Shown here: in pieces, positions 1 to 6,599 of the stretch
Layout: each line of letters starts with the position of its first letter
Numbering within the stretch: position 1 is the stretch's first letter
DNA from: a virus
Reading direction: 5' to 3' (one strand)
DNA length: 25,992 bases
IMG/VR virus record: IMGVR_UViG_3300032218_003507
Location: 1-25,992 of that record
The notes under the pieces: model-generated
Databases searched by the model: none
What the model was told of the DNA's origin: nothing
The model's input: the letters and a program-made list of their open reading frames with translations, nothing else
Made by a program: the position numbers and the translations under genes

Positions 1-102
1 ATACGCGAGGCGGCCGACGCCTACGAGCAAAACAACGGAGACGCCGACTGCGAGCGGATCGCGGCGACGTTGCGGGGATTGCTGGCACGAACGACGCTAT
101 AG
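1..102 (+). CDS. 3' end of a small hypothetical phage protein (partial; ...IREAADAYEQNNGDADCERIAATLRGLLARTTL*)
   Basis: Frame +1 is open from base 1 to TAG at 100-102, co-oriented with the downstream genes. Confidence 0.6.
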   Translation: MREAADAYEQNNGDADCERIAATLRGLLARTTL

Positions 103-120
103 AAATCAGAGAGGGACGCG

Positions 121-324
121 ATGAACGCGACACTCAAATCGTGGGCATACACCCGCCCGTATTGTCAGCCAGCGTCGGGCAATGTGGTAGCCAAGACAGG
201 ACCGGAAGCACTTAAACTCGTTCACCGCATGCACGGCTACGCCAACGGAACGCGGGTGTTCTGTGCCGAGACGGACGAAGAATGGCTGGATGACTACAAC
301 GGCCTACGGCAAGTGCGCTCTTGA
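121..324 (+). CDS. Hypothetical protein, 67 aa
   Basis: ATG preceded by GAGGGA; its stop overlaps the next gene. Confidence 0.6.
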   Translation: MNATLKSWAYTRPYCQPASGNVVAKTGPEALKLVHRMHGYANGTRVFCAETDEEWLDDYNGLRQVRS

Positions 325-542
325 GCGAATGGAGAGGCATGGCCCACAGATACAAGATCGTAGACGAGTCGCAATCCGCTCATTGCTGCTTCAGCCACAC
401 TGTCGTAGACACGTCTCGGCCAAAGATGATCGCTGGAAAGCATTACAAAGATCAGTACGAGATCGTGTGCGAATGCTTCGATGAAGAGGACGCGGTTCTT
501 GTCCGCGACGCGCTCAACGCATATAGGCCGGAGGTGAAGTGA
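321..542 (+). CDS. Hypothetical protein, ~73 aa (start TTG 321 or ATG 339)
   Basis: Overlaps neighbours in operon style (TTGA, TGATG). GGAGAGG precedes the internal ATG. Confidence 0.7.
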   Translation: MSEWRGMAHRYKIVDESQSAHCCFSHTVVDTSRPKMIAGKHYKDQYEIVCECFDEEDAVLVRDALNAYRPEVK

Positions 543-679
543 TGGAGTGGGCGCACTTTGTGGTCTGGCTGCTTGGTTACTTCATCGGTTCGCTATTGAT
601 GACCGTCTGGCGGAACGAGCGACGGTATCGCCGGGAACAGGATGCCTTGCGGCTCGGGGCGATGCACCGCCGCCGGTAG
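542..679 (+). CDS. Small single-pass membrane protein, 45 aa (MEWAHFVVWLLGYFIGSLLMTVWRNERRYRREQDALRLGAMHRRR)
   Basis: Read manually; not in the ORF track. TGATG coupling with the upstream gene, GGAGG RBS, hydrophobic N-terminus and basic tail. Confidence 0.7.
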   Translation: MEWAHFVVWLLGYFIGSLLMTVWRNERRYRREQDALRLGAMHRRR

Positions 680-797
680 TGCGCTATAGCGGCGAGAGAC
701 GGCTGCGCCGCCATGTGCCAATAGATGCCATGCGTTACCACGGCTAGACGGCTTGGTTTTCGTCCGTATGATCCCGCCATCCAACAAGGAGGCGAGG

Positions 798-1052
798 ATG
801 CAAGAAGACGAAGACGACGGCCTGGACGGCGACGATTCCAAGAACTGCGATCGGTGCCGGTTCTTTCGCGAAACGATCATCGGCGAGAGTGGCGAATGCA
901 GGAAGTTCGCTCCGCAGCCGATGCGAATGAGGTTCGGCCCGCGACACAACCCAAACGACGATTACGAGGCAGAGTGGCCGACTGTCGGGTCTTCGGATTG
1001 GTGCGGTGAGTTTGAGGAGCACCCGCACAAGGCTGGCAACTCTTGGGAGTAG
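798..1052 (+). CDS. Small Cys-rich putative metal-binding phage protein (CxxC...C...WPTV..DWCGEF)
   Basis: AAGGAGG at 786-792 before ATG 798; four Cys in a pattern common in small phage proteins. Confidence 0.75.
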   Translation: MQEDEDDGLDGDDSKNCDRCRFFRETIIGESGECRKFAPQPMRMRFGPRHNPNDDYEAEWPTVGSSDWCGEFEEHPHKAGNSWE

Positions 1053-1145
1053 GCGGCTAAGACGCCGCAGAAACGCGGCCGCGGGGGCCATTACGCCGTT
1101 TTCTAAAATAGGTGTAATGGAGGCAAACACCCGCAGGCCGCGAGC

Positions 1146-2204
1146 ATGATCGACCACCTACACGCCCTCGCCGTTCACGCCTTCTACTGTGGCGAGCACG
1201 ACCTGGGCCGGCGGGCATGCGAGCGATTGCTGCGGCACGAGTTGCCAGAGCACTTGGAGCCGCTTGTGCGCAGAAATCGGACTTGGTACACACAGCCGCT
1301 TAGCGAGCTTTGCACGACAAGGTTCGTGCAGGTGGACATTGAGCCGGCCCTGCCTGGCTGGTCGCTGTTCAACCCGTCTATCGTCGCCCGCGGCGATCGC
1401 CTGCTGATCAACGTCCGGTCGAGTAACTACCGGATCGTCGGCGGCCGCTACGTAATGCCAGACGAGGATCGCGGCGTCATCCGCACCCAAAACCTGCTCG
1501 TTGAGTATTCCTCCGGCCTCGAGCTTACGGCGTCGCCTGTTGTGGTGGACGCCGACTACGAGAGGACCGATTTCGCCGTGGACGGCCTTGAGGACGTTCG
1601 GCTAAATGCGGTTGACGGCCAGGTGCTCGCCAGCGCGACTATACGAAACTTCCTCGGCCTCGACGGTACGTGCCGGATCGGCGTTTGCGAAATACTCACC
1701 GGCAGCGGAAAGACGCTCGGCCTGCGGTGCCCCGTAACTCCGTCAGACCAGCACGAAAAGAACTGGATGCCGATTCTCGGGCGGCGGGCCTGGATCTACT
1801 CCTGCCACAACAGCGGGTTCACGTGCACCGCCGAGGAGGCGGCCGGCCAGTGGCTCATAACGGTTGGGGCGAAGGCTCCGGCAGTCGCTAGGCAGTTTCG
1901 CGGCGGATCGCAGCTTGTCCCGATTGGCGATGGGCAGTGGTTGGCCCTGGTGCACGAGGTCGCCCACGACGAGGCCCGCATTTACGAGCACAGGCTTGTG
2001 CGATTCAACGAGCCGGCCGGCTGGCAAATCGACTCCATTTCGCCGGCGTTCGCGTTCCGTGAGCCGCGGGCGATTGAGTTTGCGGCCGGCCTCGCCCGCT
2101 GCGGCGACGACCTGGTGGCGTCGTTCGGAGTGCGCGATGCGGAGGCATGGCTATGCAAGATTCCTCTTTCCGAAGCCGTCGCGTTGTTGGAGCCTCTCAG
2201 TTGA
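1146..2204 (+). CDS. Short helical N-terminus plus predicted five-bladed beta-propeller glycoside hydrolase/phosphorylase-like domain (GH130/GH43-like fold)
   Basis: Motifs FNPSI, GLEDVRL, EKNWMP, RGGSQL, LVHEV, YEHRLV, IEFAAGL, SFGVRD, as in propeller domains often associated with glycosyltransferases. Confidence 0.7.
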   Translation: MIDHLHALAVHAFYCGEHDLGRRACERLLRHELPEHLEPLVRRNRTWYTQPLSELCTTRFVQVDIEPALPGWSLFNPSIVARGDRLLINVRSSNYRIVGGRYVMPDEDRGVIRTQNLLVEYSSGLELTASPVVVDADYERTDFAVDGLEDVRLNAVDGQVLASATIRNFLGLDGTCRIGVCEILTGSGKTLGLRCPVTPSDQHEKNWMPILGRRAWIYSCHNSGFTCTAEEAAGQWLITVGAKAPAVARQFRGGSQLVPIGDGQWLALVHEVAHDEARIYEHRLVRFNEPAGWQIDSISPAFAFREPRAIEFAAGLARCGDDLVASFGVRDAEAWLCKIPLSEAVALLEPLS

Positions 2205-2752
2205 TGCCGCTAGACCTTTATGACCGCGTTCGCCGCGTGCTCGAAACAAACTGGCGAGACAACGATTGGTTTTATTGCGATTCGGCCGTCATCGGCCACT
2301 ACGCAATGAAGGCAGCCATTTGCGAGCGATTCCGGCCTCGCCGCATCCTTGAGATCGGCACGCGATGCGGCTACTCCCTACTCGCATTTCGTGAAGTGGC
2401 CCCGAGGGCGTCGTTCCTGTGCATCGACGGGGCGACGGACGACGATTCGCTAGACTGCCTCGCTCACTGCAAGAAGATTATCGACAGGCACGACCTTGAG
2501 GCCGATCTGCTCGTCGTAGACTCCCACGCCGTCCGTAGCCTGCCGCGAGCCTGCTTTGCCCACGTGGACGGCGATCATTCGTTTGCCGGGGCATTGGCCG
2601 ATCTGCGGCTCGTGGCACACTGCAGGGGCATCCTCGCCGACGACGTTTGCAATCCAGAGGTCGCCAAGGCGGTTGACGTGTTTGCCCGCGAAGCCAACCG
2701 ACACGTGGAGTTCATCCACGACGGCCTACGGAGGGTGGCGATCCTGACATGA
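2204..2752 (+). CDS. Class I SAM-dependent methyltransferase (Methyltransf_24-like)
   Basis: ILEIGTRCGYS motif I, HVDGDHS and ILADD motifs; TGATG coupling at 2202-2206. Confidence 0.85.
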   Translation: MPLDLYDRVRRVLETNWRDNDWFYCDSAVIGHYAMKAAICERFRPRRILEIGTRCGYSLLAFREVAPRASFLCIDGATDDDSLDCLAHCKKIIDRHDLEADLLVVDSHAVRSLPRACFAHVDGDHSFAGALADLRLVAHCRGILADDVCNPEVAKAVDVFAREANRHVEFIHDGLRRVAILT

Positions 2753-3804
2753 AAATCGGCGTCTACGCACTTGCGAAAAACGAATCGGCCAACGTGCCGG
2801 CCTGGGAGGCCAGTTGCCGCGAGGCCGACGTGCGGGTTGTTACGGACACGGGATCCACCGATGCCACGGTTGACCTGCTGCGGGCCGCCGGCGTGACGGT
2901 CGCCCACGGCTGCCCTATCCCGTGGAGGTGGGACGACGCTCACAACCTCTCGCTCTTTCACCTGCCGGCCGACGTGGACGTGTGCATCCGGCTTGATCTG
3001 GACGAGGTGCTCGAGCCGGGCTGGCGAGAGGCCTTGGAAGCCGATTGGAAGGCAGACACGTGCCGGCTTCGGTATTGGTATCAGTGGTCGGCCGACGTGC
3101 GGTTTTTGTGCGACCGCGTTCATCGGCGGGCCGGCTACCGCTGGCAGGGGCCGACGCACGAGGGGCTCGTCTGCTGGTCGGGCGAAGACACGCAGGAGCG
3201 GAGCGATCGTTTCGTGATCCGCCACCACCGGCAGCCCGGCAAGCGGCACAACACCGACCTGACGCTGCTGCGGCAGGCCGTCAAGGAAAATCCGCTCGAC
3301 GCCAGGATGCAGTGGTATCTGGCGAGAGAGCTCGACTACGCGAGCGATCCAGAGGCTCAAGAGCAGTGGCATCGCTACTTGAAAATGCCCGGCGGCGCCG
3401 CCACGGAGCGGGCCTACGCCTACCGGATGCTTGCAAACATCGAACGCGACAGCATGAAAAAGCATCTGATGGCCGCGATCTTGGAAAGCCCGCTTGAGCC
3501 GGAGTCGTTCGTGGCGTTCGCGCAGATGGCCCAAAACATGAACGATTGGGTTTCGGCGTTGTATTACGCCCGCCAAGCCTGCTCCTGCCCTGCGGATTCG
3601 CAGACCCATGCGAGCGACACGCGATGCTACGGCCCCCTTCCGGCCGACATTGCCAGCGTTGCCGCCTCGCGACTGGGTAGGGACCAAGAGGCCTTGGGAT
3701 TTGCCCGCGAGGCCGTCAAGCGATCCCCGTCAGACATGCGGCTGGTGGCAAACCTAGCCGTGCTCGAGCGGAAACTCTCGGAGGTCGGCCCAAGGGCCGC
3801 ATAG
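2749..3804 (+). CDS. GT2-family (GT-A fold) glycosyltransferase with C-terminal TPR-like repeats
   Basis: VYALAKNE, VTDTGSTD, DDAHN, LDLDE (DxD), HEGL motifs and a helical TPR-like tail; ATGA coupling. Confidence 0.88.
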   Translation: MKIGVYALAKNESANVPAWEASCREADVRVVTDTGSTDATVDLLRAAGVTVAHGCPIPWRWDDAHNLSLFHLPADVDVCIRLDLDEVLEPGWREALEADWKADTCRLRYWYQWSADVRFLCDRVHRRAGYRWQGPTHEGLVCWSGEDTQERSDRFVIRHHRQPGKRHNTDLTLLRQAVKENPLDARMQWYLARELDYASDPEAQEQWHRYLKMPGGAATERAYAYRMLANIERDSMKKHLMAAILESPLEPESFVAFAQMAQNMNDWVSALYYARQACSCPADSQTHASDTRCYGPLPADIASVAASRLGRDQEALGFAREAVKRSPSDMRLVANLAVLERKLSEVGPRAA

Positions 3805-3806
3805 CC

Positions 3807-4277
3807 ATGCCAAAATCCATCGGAGTGGGCATTGCCGACGCGCTGGCCGCCGGACTGTCTACCTACACGTTTTCGTCGCCCTATGCGTCGATCCAAGTCT
3901 CCCGCCGCTACGTGCCGGACTACGAGGCCCGCGACCTCTCTACGATCAAGGTGAGTGTGGTGCCCGGCCCCGTGGAGACCGAGCGAAGCGCCCGCGGTAT
4001 GGATCTGTTCACCCAGGGCGTGATGGTCGTCATCGGCAAAATGACAGACGGCACCAACAACGACATCGACGGCCTGACGAATCTCGGCCAAGAGATAATG
4101 GACGCGATCCGCTCCGAGGTGCTCAACACCTCTAGCATGCCGGAAAACGCCAAGTATTTCGCATGCTCAATGGAAGTGAACTTTGACCGCGACGCTTTGA
4201 CTGAAAAGCGGGCGTTTCTCGCGCAAATCGACGTGACGTACCGGGTGCCACGCTACACCATCGAACCAGGGGCCTAG
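3807..4277 (+). CDS. Putative tail terminator / tail-completion protein
   Basis: 156 aa alpha/beta protein just upstream of the neck and tube genes; assigned from synteny and size. Confidence 0.55.
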   Translation: MPKSIGVGIADALAAGLSTYTFSSPYASIQVSRRYVPDYEARDLSTIKVSVVPGPVETERSARGMDLFTQGVMVVIGKMTDGTNNDIDGLTNLGQEIMDAIRSEVLNTSSMPENAKYFACSMEVNFDRDALTEKRAFLAQIDVTYRVPRYTIEPGA

Positions 4278-4280
4278 CCA

Positions 4281-5078
4281 ATGGTCATGTTCATCCCACG
4301 CGCCGCGAATCCGTTCATGCCCGGCGGCGGGTTCGTCGGTGCCGGCGGCAACTTCCGCATCCCGCGAGTCGCGTTCGCCGCCAAAGTCGAAAACTTCTTT
4401 GATCGCGAAAAGGTCATCAAGGCGATCGACAAGATGAATTACCGAGCTCTCATGAAGGGCTCGGCCCGCGTAAAGGATTACGCGAGAAAGTCGATCAAGA
4501 AAATGGGCCTGGCGAAGCCGCGGCTCAAGGTGATGAAGAAGTTTCCAAACGTGCCGCTCGCTGTGCTGGCGAATCCACGCAAACGCAAGAACTTTGAGTA
4601 TTTCAATTACGAAGTGACAGACCGAGACCGCAGGGCCGTCATGCAGAGGGCGAGGGAAATCAGAGACCGCCCAGCATCGCCGCCTGGCACCCCGCCGCAC
4701 ACGCACGTCCCGTGGGGGCACATGCTCGGGTTTCGCAGAAACCTATGGAACTACTTCGATCCGTCCACAAAGTCGGCCGTGGCCGGCCCAAGCCACAAAG
4801 GCCGCCGGCTGCCGTACCTCCATGAGTTCGGCGGCACAGTCCGTCGGAATTACTGGATGTTTCAACAGGAGATCCCAAATCGCCGCGGCATGATGATGGC
4901 CCCGATTTTTTGGAGCTTGCCCGAAGGCACCGAGCCGAGAAACCGGAACAGGTGGGAGCGGACGCCACAGTTCGACGTGGCCAAATACCCGGCAAGGCCG
5001 TTTATGCAGCCGGCAATGCGGAAGGCCATCGCCAGGGGCGACATCAAATACGCCTTTATGGGGCAGTTTCGCAGTTAG
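4281..5078 (+). CDS. Putative neck / virion morphogenesis (tail-completion) protein
   Basis: Basic protein with SPPGTPPH, YLHEFGG and C-terminal YPARPFMQPA motifs typical of HK97-gp10/Mu-gpG-like proteins. Confidence 0.65.
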   Translation: MVMFIPRAANPFMPGGGFVGAGGNFRIPRVAFAAKVENFFDREKVIKAIDKMNYRALMKGSARVKDYARKSIKKMGLAKPRLKVMKKFPNVPLAVLANPRKRKNFEYFNYEVTDRDRRAVMQRAREIRDRPASPPGTPPHTHVPWGHMLGFRRNLWNYFDPSTKSAVAGPSHKGRRLPYLHEFGGTVRRNYWMFQQEIPNRRGMMMAPIFWSLPEGTEPRNRNRWERTPQFDVAKYPARPFMQPAMRKAIARGDIKYAFMGQFRS

Positions 5079-5094
5079 GCGGCCAACCGGCCGG

Positions 5095-5103
5095 TGGTAT
5101 ACT
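5095..5103 (+). promoter_or_regulatory. Candidate extended -10 promoter (TGgTATACT) upstream of the tail tube gene
   Basis: TGnTATACT in the 5079-5152 intergenic gap, followed by an AGGAG RBS. Confidence 0.45.
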
Positions 5104-5152
5104 GACGTTCAGGAGCCGGTCGCGTTCCACAACATAGCAGGAGAGCAGGCAA

Positions 5153-5521
5153 ATGCCAGAAGCCCACAAGTATTATCTCGGCAAGAACGGCACGTTTGCG
5201 TACACGGCCGGCATCGCGAACAAGGACGTTAAGAGCGTCTCGATCAACCAAGAGACCGCAGCCGAGGCCGACGTGACTACACGCGGATCTGGCGACGAAC
5301 AGGAGTTCGCATTCGTTCGGCGTAACACGACCGTTGAGGTGGTCTGCCTTGACCACAGTTGCCTTGTCGGCGAGACCGGCACCATCACGCATACCGTGAG
5401 CCCCAGCGGTCCGACGCTGCCCTCTGGCGTGTACCAGGTCATGAGTGTCAGCCAGCCGGAAGAACTGGACGGCGCGGTGGAGTTCACGATCAGCCTGCGG
5501 AAGACGCCGACCGTGGCTTAA
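5153..5521 (+). CDS. Putative major tail tube protein
   Basis: Beta-rich 122 aa protein with a DVTTRG hairpin-loop motif and C-terminal E.LDG.V.F.I.L; lies before the chaperone and TMP; good RBS. Confidence 0.7.
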   Translation: MPEAHKYYLGKNGTFAYTAGIANKDVKSVSINQETAAEADVTTRGSGDEQEFAFVRRNTTVEVVCLDHSCLVGETGTITHTVSPSGPTLPSGVYQVMSVSQPEELDGAVEFTISLRKTPTVA

Positions 5522-5534
5522 CTAGGGGCTCGCC

Positions 5535-5912
5535 GTGCCATCCGAATCGTTCGTCCTCGGGCGAAAATGCACGTTTTCGATTGACGGCATCCTCCTGAAA
5601 AGCGTCCGCGACGTTGGCGTTCGCAGCGTTGTCAGCGAACACGATGTCACGGGCTACGGCCACGCTAACGGGTCAACTCTTGTCACTCGCAGGACGTTTG
5701 AGATCGACGTGGAAGTGCAAGACGCAGGCGAAGCGGCGTTGATCTCGGCCGCGGAAAGCGGCCGCGGGATTGTCACTGTTGCCACTACGAACGGCCACAG
5801 GGCCGTGTCGGCAAACTTCACGGTTTGCGATTGCGACTTTGGCGAGCCGATGGACGGGGTAGTGCGGTCGCGGTTTACGCTCCGTCAGTGGATGCACGGA
5901 AAGGACTCCTAG
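5535..5912 (+). CDS. Second tail-tube-like protein (paralog of 5153..5521)
   Basis: Collinear shared motifs LG..TF, DVT..G, RR, E..DG.V....LR; near-identical length. Confidence 0.65.
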   Translation: MPSESFVLGRKCTFSIDGILLKSVRDVGVRSVVSEHDVTGYGHANGSTLVTRRTFEIDVEVQDAGEAALISAAESGRGIVTVATTNGHRAVSANFTVCDCDFGEPMDGVVRSRFTLRQWMHGKDS

Positions 5913-5914
5913 TT

Positions 5915-6460
5915 GTGAAATCGTTCAAGGATCGCAATGGCACCGCTTGGGAAATCAACGGGCGGTTTACGCTGTTTGAGAAGATCAAAACCGCCACGGG
6001 CGTCGATTTACTGGATTTGCCGACAACCCAAAACAGCCTCTCGCAACTGGCCGATCCATTTACGCTGGGGCACGTGCTCTATCTGTTCTGCGCCGAACAG
6101 GCCGAAGCCCGTGACGTCGGCCCGGAGCAGTTTTGCGACCTGCTCAACGGCGACGCGATCCACGAGGCCGGCACGGCAATCCTCGAGGAAGTGATTTTTT
6201 TTTCCCGCAAGGACGTGAGGCCGGCTCTGCAGATGGCGATGGAGAAGGCGATGGCGGCGGATCGGCGGATGGTGACGGCGCTGCAGGACCGGATGGGCGA
6301 CCTGAGCAAGCAGTTGGACGCAGCATTGATGTTTACCAACTCTGCTACGAGCTCGCCGGAATCATCGGCGTTCACCCCGGAGAGTGGACCCTCCGCGGCC
6401 TCGTCTGGGCGTCGCGGTCGGCGCAAAAAGAGCGGTGGAACCGCACCAGCACGCTCGTAG
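5915..6460 (+). CDS. Tail assembly chaperone (lambda gpG-like)
   Basis: GTG start 5915 after AAGGA (MKSFKDRNG...); lies between tube and TMP genes; overlapped by a -1-frame ORF. Confidence 0.75.
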   Translation: MKSFKDRNGTAWEINGRFTLFEKIKTATGVDLLDLPTTQNSLSQLADPFTLGHVLYLFCAEQAEARDVGPEQFCDLLNGDAIHEAGTAILEEVIFFSRKDVRPALQMAMEKAMAADRRMVTALQDRMGDLSKQLDAALMFTNSATSSPESSAFTPESGPSAASSGRRGRRKKSGGTAPARS

Positions 6461-6597
6461 CCCAGCAGTACAGCATTAACCGCGACCCGAAGAAACGACG
6501 AGACCCCTACAAGGCCAACGAGTTCAACCCGTTCTACGAGCCACCGCCACCAAGGCCGCTCTCGCAATCCATGATTGACGAAATGTTCAGGGACTAG
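6195..6597 (+). CDS. gpT-like C-terminal part of the tail chaperone, probably made by -1 frameshift
   Basis: The -1 frame is open from at least 6133 to 6597, encodes protein-like YELAGIIGVHPGEWTLR...EFNPF, has no evident RBS/start of its own, and stops 2 nt before the TMP. Confidence 0.65.
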
Positions 6598-6599
6598 CG

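Noticed and set aside
547..747. 66-aa ORF from the track
   Set aside because: The overlapping 542..679 frame has coupling, an RBS and a coherent membrane-protein sequence.
2204..2752. DNA methyltransferase / restriction-modification component
   Set aside because: Lacks DPPY/NPPY or PC catalytic motifs; the motifs and neighbours fit a small-molecule or sugar methyltransferase.
2575..3687. Long antisense ORF (370 aa) and similar - strand ORFs across 1-19.7 kb
   Set aside because: Shadow ORFs of GC-rich + strand genes that have clear motifs; no RBS or domain signal.
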